Shown: positions 1 through 10,605 of the stretch, in pieces
Layout: every line of letters begins with the position of its first letter
Position numbering within the stretch: position 1 is the stretch's first letter
Assembly: GCA_040767195.1 (NCBI GenBank)
Contig: JAXGPA010000001.1
Span: 704,001-768,000, forward strand
Reading direction: 5' to 3'
Length of the DNA stretch: 64,000 nucleotides
Origin: Syntrophales bacterium
GTDB lineage: Bacteria > Desulfobacterota > Syntrophia > Syntrophales > UBA6807
Position numbers and translations under genes: made by a program
Notes under the pieces: model-generated
What the model was told of the DNA's origin: nothing
The model's input: the letters and a program-made list of their open reading frames with translations, nothing else
The model's database searches: none

Positions 1-2
1 CG

Positions 3-410
3 GACATCGCCGCAGAAGGAAAGCCTGCCGATGAAAAGACCCTGGCCTTCATTCACTCCCGAAAGACGGAACGGCTCATCACCGTGTCGCTCCGGGCGGG
101 CGCCCTCATCGCCGGGGCCGGGGAAGACATCCTGAAAGACCTTACCGAATACGGCCGACGGATTGGCCTTGCCTTTCAGGTCTCCGACGACATCCTGAAC
201 GTGGAAAGCTCGGCGGCCGTCCTGGGGAAAGGAACGGGAAGCGACGCCGCCCGGGGCAAATTGACCTATCCCGCCCTTTACGGGTTGAAGGCCTCCAGGG
301 AAAAGGCCCGGCTTCTCGTCGAAGAGGCCGTCCGCTGCCTCGCGGCCCTCGGCGAGAAAGCGGACCCCCTCCGGGAACTGGCTTATTTTATCGTCCAGCG
401 GAAAAGCTGA
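3..410 (+). CDS. ispA: polyprenyl synthetase / farnesyl diphosphate synthase, 5'-truncated by window edge
   Basis: [12 protein letters not shown] and GKGTGSD..GKLTYP motifs; directly upstream of dxs. Confidence 0.92.
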   Translation, partial: DIAAEGKPADEKTLAFIHSRKTERLITVSLRAGALIAGAGEDILKDLTEYGRRIGLAFQVSDDILNVESSAAVLGKGTGSDAARGKLTYPALYGLKASREKARLLVEEAVRCLAALGEKADPLRELAYFIVQRKS

Positions 411-432
411 AAGGAAACCCATCTTTTTGAAT

Positions 433-2325
433 ATGGAAGAGCAAACGAAACAGGAAATCATCGACCGGATCGACTCACCGGAGGACTTGCGCCGACTCAC
501 CGTCGACGAACTGAACCTGCTGGCCGTGGAAATCCGCCGCCGGATCATCGACACGGTGGCCGCAAACGGCGGGCACCTGGCGCCGTCCCTGGGGACGGTG
601 GAACTCACCCTGGCCCTTCACTATGTCTTCGACACGCCCCGGGACAGGCTCATCTGGGACGTGGGGCACCAGGCCTATGCCCACAAGCTCGTCACGGGCC
701 GCCGCGACCGGTTCCACACCCTGAGGCGCAAAGACGGCATCAGCGGGTTCCCCAAGCGCAAGGAAAGCCCTTACGACGTCTTCGACGCCGGGCACAGCAG
801 CACCTCCCTGTCCGCCGCCTCCGGCATCGCCGAGGCCCGCTGTCTCAAAGGGGAAAAGCACAAGGTCATCGCCGTCATCGGCGACGGGTCCATGACGGCG
901 GGGATGGCCTACGAGGCCATGAACTGGGCGGGAGACCGGGAGAAGGACCTGATCATCGTCCTCAACGACAACGAGATGTCCATTTCCCCCAACGTGGGGG
1001 CCATGTCGGCGTACCTGAACCGGGTCATGACGGGAAAAGAGGTGACCCGGCTCAAATCGGGAGTCCTTCACGTTCTGAAATCCCTCCCCGGGGGAGAGCA
1101 GATGATCAAGTTCACCCGGCAGGTCGAGGAGTCCCTGAAGGCCTTCGTCGTCCCGGGGATGCTTTTCGAGGAGCTGGGGTTCCAGTACGTGGGCCCCCTG
1201 GAAGGTCACCGTCTCGACTATCTCATCAGGAACCTCCAAAACGTCGCCCAGCTGAACCGGCCCGTCCTGGTCCACGTGGTGACCCGGAAAGGCAAGGGCT
1301 GCCCCTTCGCCGAGGCGGAGCCCTGCCGCTACCACGGCGTGGGCCCTTTCGACCGGGAGACGGGGGCCGTCTTCGTTAAGCCCGACGCCCCGCCCTCGTA
1401 CACGGAGATTTTCGGGCGAACCATGATCCGGCTGGCCTCGGAAGACCCCCGGATCACGGCCATTACGGCGGCCATGGGGACGGGCACGGGCCTGGACGAA
1501 TACGCCGCCCGGTTCCCGGACCGGTTCTTCGACGTGGGCATCGCCGAGCAGCACGGCGTCACCTTCGCCGCCGGGCTCGCCGTGGAGGGGTTCATCCCCG
1601 TCGTCGCCATTTACTCCACCTTCCTCCAGCGGGCCTTCGACCAGGTCCTCCATGACGTGTGCCTCCAGAATCTTCACGTCGTCTTCGCCCTCGACCGGGG
1701 CGGTTTCGTCGGCGAGGACGGACCCACCCACCACGGGCTTTTCGACCTGGCCTATCTCCGGTCCATCCCCAACATGGTCGTCATGGCCCCGAAAGACGAA
1801 AATGAATTTCAGCACATGCTGAAAACGGCAACGGAACACCGGGGACCCATCGCCATCCGTTATCCCCGGGGGGCCGGCGCGGGCGTCCCCTTGGACACCG
1901 ACCTTTCATCCCTTCCCATCGGCAAAGGCGAAATCGTCATGGACGGGGGGGATGTCACCATCGTGGCCCTGGGAACGACGGTTGAGCCCGCCAGGGCGGC
2001 AGCGGAAAGGCTGAAGGCGGAAGGGATCGGGGCGACAGTGGTCAACGGGCGGTTTGCGAAACCCCTGGACCGGGAGCTCCTGTGCGAAACCGCCGCCAGG
2101 ACGGGGCGGGTCCTCACGGTGGAGGAAAACGTCCTCATGGGCGGTTTCGGAAGCGCCGTTTTGGAGTGTTTCCAGGAGGCGGGGCTCCGGGACGTGAGGA
2201 TCCGGCGTCTCGGCATAGGGGATGAATTCGTGGAGCAGGCCACCCAGAAGGAGTTGAGGCGTCTTCACGGAATCGACGAGGAGGGGATCTACCGGGCCGC
2301 TCTCGAAATGGTCCGGGCTTCCTGA
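433..2325 (+). CDS. dxs: 1-deoxy-D-xylulose-5-phosphate synthase
   Basis: [33 protein letters not shown] and DGPTHHG motifs. Confidence 0.98.
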   Translation: MEEQTKQEIIDRIDSPEDLRRLTVDELNLLAVEIRRRIIDTVAANGGHLAPSLGTVELTLALHYVFDTPRDRLIWDVGHQAYAHKLVTGRRDRFHTLRRKDGISGFPKRKESPYDVFDAGHSSTSLSAASGIAEARCLKGEKHKVIAVIGDGSMTAGMAYEAMNWAGDREKDLIIVLNDNEMSISPNVGAMSAYLNRVMTGKEVTRLKSGVLHVLKSLPGGEQMIKFTRQVEESLKAFVVPGMLFEELGFQYVGPLEGHRLDYLIRNLQNVAQLNRPVLVHVVTRKGKGCPFAEAEPCRYHGVGPFDRETGAVFVKPDAPPSYTEIFGRTMIRLASEDPRITAITAAMGTGTGLDEYAARFPDRFFDVGIAEQHGVTFAAGLAVEGFIPVVAIYSTFLQRAFDQVLHDVCLQNLHVVFALDRGGFVGEDGPTHHGLFDLAYLRSIPNMVVMAPKDENEFQHMLKTATEHRGPIAIRYPRGAGAGVPLDTDLSSLPIGKGEIVMDGGDVTIVALGTTVEPARAAAERLKAEGIGATVVNGRFAKPLDRELLCETAARTGRVLTVEENVLMGGFGSAVLECFQEAGLRDVRIRRLGIGDEFVEQATQKELRRLHGIDEEGIYRAALEMVRAS

Positions 2326-2348
2326 AGGACGTCCGGGATCGGACTTTC

Positions 2349-3098
2349 ATGGAACCCAAAAAAGGCAGGCAACGGCTGGACCGGCTCGTCGTGGAACGGG
2401 GACTCGCCGACTCCCGGGAAAGGGCCCGGGCCCTGATTCTAGCCGGGTCGGTGACAGTGGACGGCGAGCCCGCGAGCAAGGCGGGGGCCCTGGTTCCCGA
2501 AAACGCCCCCATCACCCTCCGGGAAGCCGATCACCCTTACGTGAGCCGGGGCGGGTTGAAGCTCGCCGGGGCTCTCGAGAGCTTCGGTCTCGATGTGACG
2601 GGCTTCGTGGCCCTTGATGCCGGCGCCTCCACCGGGGGGTTCACCGACTGCCTTCTGAAGAAAGGGGCCCGGAAGGTCTACGCCGTTGATGTGGGATATG
2701 GTCAGTTCGCCTGGAAACTCAGGCGCGACGAGCGGGTTGTTCTTCTCGAAAGGACGAATATCCGTCATGTAACGGGCGATCTCATCAAGGAGGCTGTCGA
2801 CCTCGCGGTCATCGATGTTTCCTTCATCTCCCTGCGGCTCGTCATTCCCGCCGTCCTTCCCTTCCTCCGGGCGGGGGGGTGGCTTCTCCCCCTCATCAAG
2901 CCCCAGTTCGAGGCGGGCAGGGACCAGGTCGGAAAGCGGGGGGTCGTCAGGGACCCCGCCGTTCACCGGGACGTCATCGAAAAGGTCAGCGCCTTTGTCG
3001 GGGAACAGGGTCTCCGGGTCATCGGGACCTGCGATTCCCCCCTGACGGGGCCCGAGGGAAACCGGGAATTTTTTCTTCTCGGGAAAAAGGAAAAATGA
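2349..3098 (+). CDS. tlyA: TlyA family rRNA 2'-O-methyltransferase
   Basis: S4 domain (RLD), YVSRGGLKL, DAGASTGGFTD, LIKPQFE; usual dxs-tlyA synteny. Confidence 0.95.
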   Translation: MEPKKGRQRLDRLVVERGLADSRERARALILAGSVTVDGEPASKAGALVPENAPITLREADHPYVSRGGLKLAGALESFGLDVTGFVALDAGASTGGFTDCLLKKGARKVYAVDVGYGQFAWKLRRDERVVLLERTNIRHVTGDLIKEAVDLAVIDVSFISLRLVIPAVLPFLRAGGWLLPLIKPQFEAGRDQVGKRGVVRDPAVHRDVIEKVSAFVGEQGLRVIGTCDSPLTGPEGNREFFLLGKKEK

Positions 3099-3141
3099 GA
3101 GCCGGCACCGGGGAACCAGGGTGCCCGGTCTTGAGGGTGTC

Positions 3142-4860
3142 ATGGGCGTCAAGCTTGCCAGAACGGCCGGGTTCTGCATGGGGGTTCGCCGGGCCGTGGA
3201 CATGGTCCTCGACATCGCCCGCAAGGGCGGAAAGGGGCCGATTTACACCTACGGCCCGCTCATACACAATCCCCAGACCATCGCGCTTCTGAAAAAACGA
3301 GGCGTCCTTCCCGTCGAGAATCTCGACGAGATCGACTCCGGAACGATCGTCATTCGGGCCCACGGCATTCCCCCGGCGGAGCGGTCCAGGCTGAAGGAAA
3401 AGGGCCTTGAAATCATCGACGCCACGTGCCCCAAGGTAGCCCGGGTCCAGGGAATCATACGGAAACATCATGGGCAGGGGCACACCATCCTGATCCTTGG
3501 AGACCGGGACCACCCCGAGGTCACCGCCCTCCTCGGCTACGCCGGCGACCGGGGGTTTATCGTCAACGGGATGGAGGATCTGATGAACCTTCCCGACTTC
3601 GACCGGGTGTGCGTGGTTGCCCAGACCACCCAGAACGTCGAGGAATTCGAGAGGATGGCCCGGGCGATCCAGGGAAAGTATCCCGGGGCGGTGATTTTCA
3701 ATACCATCTGCGATTCCACGGTTAAAAGGCAGGACGAGGTTCGCGACATGGCGGGCAAAATGGACGCCATGATCATCGTGGGCGGGAAAAACAGCGCCAA
3801 CACGGAGCGGCTGAGGACCATCAGCGAAGACTCGGGAACACCGACCTTTCTCGTGGAAACAGCCGGAGAGCTTCAGAAAATCGACCTCGATCCCTTTGAA
3901 AACATTGGTGTGTCCGCCGGGGCCTCGACACCCAACTGGATCATCAACGGGGTTCTGGACCACATCGCGGGAAAAGGCCGTGAAAAACGGGGCCGACTGG
4001 GGACGTTCCTCTATTCCCTGTGGCTGTGGACGGTGAAAACGGACGTGTTCAAGGCCGTCGGCGCCTCGAGTCTCACCCTGGCCGCCCAGATCCTCCAGGG
4101 TCTGCCCCCGAACCCCCTGAACCTTCTCATTTCGGCTTTCTACGTCCATGCCATGCACAGCATCAACCGGATCCAGGAAAAATCTCCCCTGGAAGACCGC
4201 TTCAGGGAAGGTGAAAAACCGCCGGCCCGCCACAGGAAAGCCTTTGTGGGCCTGGCGAGCCTGGGGCTGGCCCTTTTTCTGTCCGCACTGACCGGCCTGT
4301 CCTCCTTTCTCCTCCTCCTGTTCATCTCTTTCGTGGGACTTCTTTACGATATCCCCCTTCTTCCCTCGCACTGGTCCATAAGAAAGATCAGCGCCATTCC
4401 GGGCTCGAAAAACTTTCTCATGGCCGTCGCCTGGGCCACCGTGTGCGCCGCCCTTCCGCAGGTCGAGGCCATCCGGACCGCCGCACCGGCAACGGCGGTC
4501 GCCTTTATCTTCGTGTTCGCCCTCGTCTTCATCGTCTCCTCCCTTGCGGACCTGATGGACATCCAGGGCGATCGGCTGGTGGGACGGGAGACGATCCCCG
4601 TTATCATGGGCGAAAAAAAAACCCGGGCGATTCTCCAGGGTGGAAGCCTCCTTCTCGGTATCCTCCTGGTTCTTTCCTACGGGACGGGGTTGACGCCGTC
4701 CTTTACCCTCGCCCTCCTCACCTCTCTGATTTACCTGTGGATTTGTTTCCTCATTTATGATAGAAGGTTTTCGCTTTCCGCCTTGGCCGTGGAGGGTTTC
4801 CTGGAAAGCAACCTTGTTCTTCCGGGAGCCCTGGCGGGCCTGTGGTTGTATTTTTCGTGA
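3142..4860 (+). CDS. ispH: 4-hydroxy-3-methylbut-2-enyl diphosphate reductase fused to a UbiA-like multi-pass membrane domain
   Basis: AGFCMGV, DATCPKV, NTICDST, SANT, SAGASTP in the N-terminal ~280 aa; hydrophobic C-terminal half with DLMDIQGD motif. Confidence 0.93.
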   Translation: MGVKLARTAGFCMGVRRAVDMVLDIARKGGKGPIYTYGPLIHNPQTIALLKKRGVLPVENLDEIDSGTIVIRAHGIPPAERSRLKEKGLEIIDATCPKVARVQGIIRKHHGQGHTILILGDRDHPEVTALLGYAGDRGFIVNGMEDLMNLPDFDRVCVVAQTTQNVEEFERMARAIQGKYPGAVIFNTICDSTVKRQDEVRDMAGKMDAMIIVGGKNSANTERLRTISEDSGTPTFLVETAGELQKIDLDPFENIGVSAGASTPNWIINGVLDHIAGKGREKRGRLGTFLYSLWLWTVKTDVFKAVGASSLTLAAQILQGLPPNPLNLLISAFYVHAMHSINRIQEKSPLEDRFREGEKPPARHRKAFVGLASLGLALFLSALTGLSSFLLLLFISFVGLLYDIPLLPSHWSIRKISAIPGSKNFLMAVAWATVCAALPQVEAIRTAAPATAVAFIFVFALVFIVSSLADLMDIQGDRLVGRETIPVIMGEKKTRAILQGGSLLLGILLVLSYGTGLTPSFTLALLTSLIYLWICFLIYDRRFSLSALAVEGFLESNLVLPGALAGLWLYFS

Positions 4861-4937
4861 CCCCGACCGGACCTTCGGGGCCGATTGCTCTCAATGGGGA
4901 GAGCCCGATTGTAACAAAGCCGAGAGAGACGAAAACC

Positions 4938-5525
4938 ATGAAAAAGGCAGGGATCCGTTTCTTTTTGTTTATCACGATAGCCCTTCTTTCCGCTTGCGGG
5001 GGGCTTCGCTATGCCCAGGTCAACCCGGAGGCAAAGGACTTCCATCCCCGCAGCATCGCCGTCCTTCCCGTGGATGTGAGGACGAGCTACGAGGCCACCG
5101 GTCAGGCCGACGACATCCTGACCCGGACTCTCGAAAAATCGGGCAAGTTCAGCAAGGTGGTTTCCCCCGGTGAAATAAGAAAAGAAATGGAAAATGACGC
5201 CGGCCTTTCACGGAACATCTCCGACTACGTCGCCAAGTTCAGGGCGGTCAACTTCTCCGACCCGTCTTTGACCCTGTCCCTGGGAGAGCACTTCGACGTG
5301 GAGGCGCTTCTCCTGGCGACGGTGGATTTCTGGACTTACACCGTCGAAGGGGAAGACAAGGTCGCCAAGGTGGGATTCGCTGTCGATCTCATCGACACCG
5401 CCACCGGTCGTGTTGCCTGGAAAGCAGCCCATCACGAAACAAAAACCTATTGGCTCATCAAGCCCGACCTCCCCGATGTTGCCGAATCGGTGGCCCAAAT
5501 GATCGTCGCCGACATGCCCCATTGA
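4938..5525 (+). CDS. putative lipoprotein (GNA1162/LpoB-like alpha/beta fold)
   Basis: signal peptide with lipobox LSAC; IAVLP and LIDTATGRVAWKA patterns. Confidence 0.75.
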   Translation: MKKAGIRFFLFITIALLSACGGLRYAQVNPEAKDFHPRSIAVLPVDVRTSYEATGQADDILTRTLEKSGKFSKVVSPGEIRKEMENDAGLSRNISDYVAKFRAVNFSDPSLTLSLGEHFDVEALLLATVDFWTYTVEGEDKVAKVGFAVDLIDTATGRVAWKAAHHETKTYWLIKPDLPDVAESVAQMIVADMPH

Positions 5526-5597
5526 TTTTCCCGCCCGCCGCGGAAGGGGCCGGCGCTTCGCGGGGAGTAACACATCCTTAAAAATGCAGGAGGCTCC

Positions 5598-5819
5598 ATG
5601 AAAGAGAAAGTTCAGGCATTGATCAATGACGTCCGTCCGAAACTGCAGGCGGACGGCGGCGATATCGAGCTCATCGACGTGACCGGGGACGGTGTCGTGA
5701 AAGTCAAGCTCCTCGGCGCCTGCGGAGGCTGCCCCATGGCCCAGATGACCCTGAAGATGGGCGTGGAGCGGTATCTCAAATCCAAGCTTCCCGAGGTTCA
5801 GAAAGTCGAATCGGTCTGA
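5598..5819 (+). CDS. NifU/Nfu-type Fe-S carrier protein
   Basis: VRPKLQADGGDIEL and GACGGCP; RBS AGGAGG. Confidence 0.93.
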   Translation: MKEKVQALINDVRPKLQADGGDIELIDVTGDGVVKVKLLGACGGCPMAQMTLKMGVERYLKSKLPEVQKVESV

Positions 5820-5872
5820 CAAATCGACACGCTTTACAGGTCGATTGGATCGGATATCTTTCAGTACGTTAA

Positions 5873-6097
<225 letters not shown>

Positions 6098-6135
6098 ACC
6101 GTCGCGGAATGGAGGATCGTCCCCGAAAGGGCGCC

Positions 6136-6780
6136 ATGGGTTCTTTCATCACCTTTGAAGGGATTGAAGGTTCGGGGAAAACGACCCAGATCAGAAAAGC
6201 CGCGGATTTCCTCACCCGAAGAGGGATTCCTTTCCTGCTCACGGAAGAGCCGGGCGGGACGGCCCTCGGACACATCTTGAGAAAAATCCTCCTGGACAAG
6301 ACGACCCTTCGGATCGGGGACAGGGCTGAACTTCTTCTGTTTGCGGCGGCACGGGCCCAGCATGTGGAAGAGAAAATCCGGCCCGCCCTGAAAGCGGGCC
6401 GCGTCGTTCTCTGCGACCGCTTTTCCGACGCCACGGTAGCCTACCAGGGCTTCGGCCGGCGACTGGAACTCGAATCCATCCGCTGGCTCAACCGTTTCTG
6501 CACGGCGTCGCTCAGGCCCGACTGGACGTTTCTCTTTGACATCCCCGCTGAAAAGGGGCTGGAAAGGGTTCAAGAGCGATCCCGGGTGTCCGGGGCGGCG
6601 GCATCGGAAACAGATCGTTTCGAAGGTGAAGATACGGCGTTCCACAGGAGAATCCGTGAGGGATACCTGAAAATCGCCGGAGAGGAACCGGACCGGTTTC
6701 ACCTTTTCAACGGCACCCTGCCCATCGAGACAATCCATGGTCATGTGTCGAAAACATTGACGGAGATCCTTCACCTCTGA
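6136..6780 (+). CDS. tmk: thymidylate kinase
   Basis: FITFEGIEGSGKTTQ, EPGGT, LCDRF, AYQG. Confidence 0.96.
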   Translation: MGSFITFEGIEGSGKTTQIRKAADFLTRRGIPFLLTEEPGGTALGHILRKILLDKTTLRIGDRAELLLFAAARAQHVEEKIRPALKAGRVVLCDRFSDATVAYQGFGRRLELESIRWLNRFCTASLRPDWTFLFDIPAEKGLERVQERSRVSGAAASETDRFEGEDTAFHRRIREGYLKIAGEEPDRFHLFNGTLPIETIHGHVSKTLTEILHL

Positions 6781-6786
6781 AAGGCC

Positions 6787-7767
6787 ATGTCGTTCAAAGA
6801 CATTTTAGGACAGGAAAAACAGAAGTCCGTCCTCAGCCGTTCCCTGGAACGGGACCGGATATCCCACGCCTATCTGTTTCACGGCATACGGGGCATCGGA
6901 AAATTTGAAACGGCCCGTGTTTTCGCCAGGGCCCTGAACTGCCTCACCCTCACCGGGGACGCCTGCGATGGTTGTTCCTCGTGCCGGAAAAGCATGGCGG
7001 GGAATCACGCCGACATCACGGAGATCCGGCCCGACGGGGCTTTTATCAAAATGGCCGCCATCCGGGAGCTCCAGCACCAGATCCAGTTCAGGCCCTACGA
7101 GGGGAAAAGGAGGGTTTTTCTCATCGATGAGGCGGAACGTATGAACGGCCCGTCGGCGAACGCCCTTCTCAAGACCCTGGAAGAGCCCGGCCCCGGGAAC
7201 GTTCTGATTCTCGTCTCCTCGAGTCCTCACGGGCTTCCCCGGACCATCCCCTCCCGGTGCCAGCCCCTGCGCTTCGATCCCCTCGGGGATGACAAAATCT
7301 CCGCCTTTCTCGCGAGCCGCCATGCCATCGACTCCGCCCGGGCGGATCTCATCGCCGCCGCTTCCGGAGGCAGCCTGGAAAAGGCCCTGGAAATGCTCCA
7401 GGAAGGCTATCACACCCGAAAAAACGATCTTATCGCCAGGATTGCCGCCTGCCTGGAGCGGAAAGATCCTGCCGATTTCTTTTCCCTCCCTGTTCTTTTC
7501 GGGGAAAACAGGCAGGAGATCATCGGAAAACTGCACATCCTGGAAACCTGGTACCGGGACATGCTCGTGACCCGCGAGAAGGGCCCCCCGGGGACGCTGA
7601 TTCATCCCGATCTGGCTGACGAAACGGAAAGCATGTCCCTGAAATTCTCCACCCGGTCGATCCTCTCCGCCATTGACGCGGTGCGCCGGGCCCGGGAGGC
7701 CGTCGAACAGAACGGGAACCGGCAGTTGACTTTGGAATCAATGCTGTTTAAACTCGTCGCCATATGA
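6787..7767 (+). CDS. holB: DNA polymerase III delta' subunit
   Basis: HAYLFHG, Zn module C..CDGCSSC, ANALLKTLEEP, SRCQ; tmk-holB synteny. Confidence 0.95.
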   Translation: MSFKDILGQEKQKSVLSRSLERDRISHAYLFHGIRGIGKFETARVFARALNCLTLTGDACDGCSSCRKSMAGNHADITEIRPDGAFIKMAAIRELQHQIQFRPYEGKRRVFLIDEAERMNGPSANALLKTLEEPGPGNVLILVSSSPHGLPRTIPSRCQPLRFDPLGDDKISAFLASRHAIDSARADLIAAASGGSLEKALEMLQEGYHTRKNDLIARIAACLERKDPADFFSLPVLFGENRQEIIGKLHILETWYRDMLVTREKGPPGTLIHPDLADETESMSLKFSTRSILSAIDAVRRAREAVEQNGNRQLTLESMLFKLVAI

Positions 7768-8648
7768 AAACGTTAAAAGCGCCTATAACCACTGAAAATG
7801 ATGAAGACATCATCCCGGCGGGGCAGCCCGGGCCGGAAATCTGGGTGGCCTGTGTCCGGCTGAAGCACCGGAGCCAGGTCTTCCTTGTCCATCTCGGGGA
7901 GGATCCCGTCCGGAAAGGTGACAAGCTCATCGTGGAAGCGGAAAACGGCCTGTCGGTGGGCGAGGTTACCACCGCGTGGCCCTTCGACCCGTCCGACCCC
8001 GTTCCGGGAAAAATGAAAATGGCCCTTCGGAAAGCCCGGGAAGACGATCTGCAGGTGGAAGAGGAAAACCGGGGGATCGAAGACCGGGCCTCCATTTTCT
8101 GTTCCCGCTGCATCGAGAGCCGGGGCCTGCCCATGAAGCTTGTCGAAGTGGAGTATCTTTTCGACCGGAGCAAGATTATTTTTTACTTCACAGCGGAAAA
8201 CCGCGTTGATTTCCGGGAACTTGTCAAGGATCTCGTGCAGCAGTTCAAAACCAGGATCGAACTTCGCCAGATCTGGGTGAGGAGCGAGGCCCAGCTTCTC
8301 GGGGGTGTCGGAATCTGCGGCAGGGATCTCTGCTGCACCCGGTTCCTCACCACCTTCGCCCCCGTTTCCATCAAGATGGCCAAGGAACAGCAGATGCTCC
8401 TGAACCCGGAAAAGATATCGGGCCTGTGCGGAAGGCTCATGTGCTGCCTGGCTTATGAATACGGCCACTACGCCAAGACAAAGAAGAGACTGCCCAAGTG
8501 CGGCGCCGTGGTGGACACGGAATCGGGAAAAGGCACTGTGACAAGGCAGAATCTCATGGAAGGGAAGGTCACCGTTGCGCTCCAGGACGGGAAAGAAACG
8601 GAAATCGCCCTGGAGGAACTGAAAGTCGACCCTTTCACCAGCCTGTAA
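7764..8648 (+). CDS. ricT: PSP1-domain / RicT (YaaT) family protein
   Basis: RVDFRELVKDL, RIELRQI, GICGRDLCC, KISGLCGRLMCCL. Confidence 0.9.
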   Translation: MKTLKAPITTENDEDIIPAGQPGPEIWVACVRLKHRSQVFLVHLGEDPVRKGDKLIVEAENGLSVGEVTTAWPFDPSDPVPGKMKMALRKAREDDLQVEEENRGIEDRASIFCSRCIESRGLPMKLVEVEYLFDRSKIIFYFTAENRVDFRELVKDLVQQFKTRIELRQIWVRSEAQLLGGVGICGRDLCCTRFLTTFAPVSIKMAKEQQMLLNPEKISGLCGRLMCCLAYEYGHYAKTKKRLPKCGAVVDTESGKGTVTRQNLMEGKVTVALQDGKETEIALEELKVDPFTSL

Positions 8649-8709
8649 GACAAGGAAGTCGCCGGCACCCGGCAAAAAACATTTCGTCCACAGACGGGAG
8701 CAGAGAACC

Positions 8710-10605
8710 ATGAAAAAGGCCTTTTACGTGACCACGCCCATTTATTATGTCAACGCCTCCCCCCACATCGGGCACGCTTACACCACCATCGTGGCCGACG
8801 TCATGGCCCGGTTCTATCGCCTCCTCGGTTATGAAACGTTTTTTCTTACCGGAACGGACGAACACGGCGACAAGATAGCCGAAGCGGCGGCCAAGGCGGG
8901 GGAAACCCCCAAGGCCTATGCGGACCGTTACAGCGGCCAGTTCAGGGCCCTGTGGCCGGAGCTCTCCATCACCAACGATCACTTCATCCGCACCACCGAT
9001 GACGATCATGTAAAAACGGTCCAGAACATCCTCCAGGCGGTCTACGAAAAGGGCGACATCTACTTCGGCCATTACGAGGGCTTTTACTGCGTGGGGTGCG
9101 AGCGTTTCTACCGGGAAAGCGAGCTCGCCGACGGGAAATGCCCGGATCACCAGACGGAGCCGGAATACCGGAAGGAGAGCAACTATTTTTTCCGCATGAG
9201 CCGTTACCAGGACTGGCTCATGACGCATATCCGGGATAATCCGGATTTCATCCGCCCCGAGCGTTACCGCAACGAAGTCCTGGCCTTTCTCCGGGAGCCT
9301 CTTGAAGACCTGTGCATCTCCCGTCCCAAGACAAGGCTCACCTGGGGGATCACCCTTCCCTTCGACGACAAGTATGTCACCTACGTCTGGTTCGACGCCC
9401 TCATCAACTATCTGACGGGAATCGGCTTTCCCGGCGGCTCCCGGTTCGACACGTTCTGGCCCGTCTGCGAGCACCTCATCGCCAAGGACATTCTGAAGCC
9501 CCACGGCATCTACTGGCCCACCATGCTCAAGGCCCTGGGGATCACCCCCTATCATCGCCTGAACGTACACGGCTACTGGAACATCGACGAGGGCAAGATG
9601 TCCAAAAGCCGGGGGACTGTCATTAAGCCACTGGATTTAAAGGATAAATACGGACTTGATGCCTTCCGGTATTATCTCCTTCGGGAAATGGTCTTCGGCC
9701 TCGACTCCAATTTCAGCGAGGAGGGATTCGTCCTCCGGCTGAACTCGGACCTGGCCAACGATCTGGGCAACCTGGTGAGCCGGTCCCTCACCATGGCCAG
9801 CCGGTACTGTGACGGAAAAGTCCCCCCGGCCTCCGCGCCGGCCGATGAAGACCACATCCTCATCGACCGGGCCCTGAAGCTTCTCCCCGAGGTGGAAGAG
9901 TCATTCCGGGGCCTTCAGTTCCACAAGGCCCTCCTCTCGATCTGGGAATTCGTGGGCATGACAAACAAGTACATCGTGGCGCAGGAACCGTGGACGCTGT
10001 CCAAAGACCCGGATAAGAAGGATCGGCTCCAAACCGTCCTCTACACCGTCCTGGAAGCGATCCGCTTCATATCCGTTCTCGTCAGTCCCGTCATGCCCGA
10101 CGGGGCGGCGGCCCTTCTCCGCCGCCTGGGCATCCAGGACCCGTCCGGGCAGGATTTTGAAAGTATTCGTTCCTGGGGCGTCCTCGAACCGGGAAACCCC
10201 CTCACCGTGGGGGAGGCCCTGTTCCCCCGCGTCCAGTGGACAAAGAAGGAAGAAGAGAAGGTCCGGAAGCTGAAAGACGTGAAACCGGAAATCTCCCTGG
10301 AGGATTTCGCCAGGGTGGATCTCCGGGTGGCCCGGGTTTTAGAAGCGGAACCCGTCCCCCGGTCGGACAAGCTCGTTAAGCTGAAAATCGACGTGGGGGA
10401 AGAGCGGACGATCGTCGCCGGCATGGGAAAGGACTACAGGCCGGAAGACCTGGTGGGACGGCAGATCGCCGTGGTGGTCAACCTGAAGCCGGCGAAGCTC
10501 ATGGGCGTCGAATCCCACGGGATGCTTCTCGCCACGGACAGGGAGGAAGGCCTCGCCCTCGTCGCCTTTGACGGCGATGTCCGGGACGGCGCGAAAATCC
10601 GTTAA
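8710..10605 (+). CDS. metG: methionyl-tRNA synthetase with C-terminal tRNA-binding domain
   Basis: YVTTPIYYVN, HIGH, KMSKS, C-terminal OB fold. Confidence 0.98.
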   Translation: MKKAFYVTTPIYYVNASPHIGHAYTTIVADVMARFYRLLGYETFFLTGTDEHGDKIAEAAAKAGETPKAYADRYSGQFRALWPELSITNDHFIRTTDDDHVKTVQNILQAVYEKGDIYFGHYEGFYCVGCERFYRESELADGKCPDHQTEPEYRKESNYFFRMSRYQDWLMTHIRDNPDFIRPERYRNEVLAFLREPLEDLCISRPKTRLTWGITLPFDDKYVTYVWFDALINYLTGIGFPGGSRFDTFWPVCEHLIAKDILKPHGIYWPTMLKALGITPYHRLNVHGYWNIDEGKMSKSRGTVIKPLDLKDKYGLDAFRYYLLREMVFGLDSNFSEEGFVLRLNSDLANDLGNLVSRSLTMASRYCDGKVPPASAPADEDHILIDRALKLLPEVEESFRGLQFHKALLSIWEFVGMTNKYIVAQEPWTLSKDPDKKDRLQTVLYTVLEAIRFISVLVSPVMPDGAAALLRRLGIQDPSGQDFESIRSWGVLEPGNPLTVGEALFPRVQWTKKEEEKVRKLKDVKPEISLEDFARVDLRVARVLEAEPVPRSDKLVKLKIDVGEERTIVAGMGKDYRPEDLVGRQIAVVVNLKPAKLMGVESHGMLLATDREEGLALVAFDGDVRDGAKIR

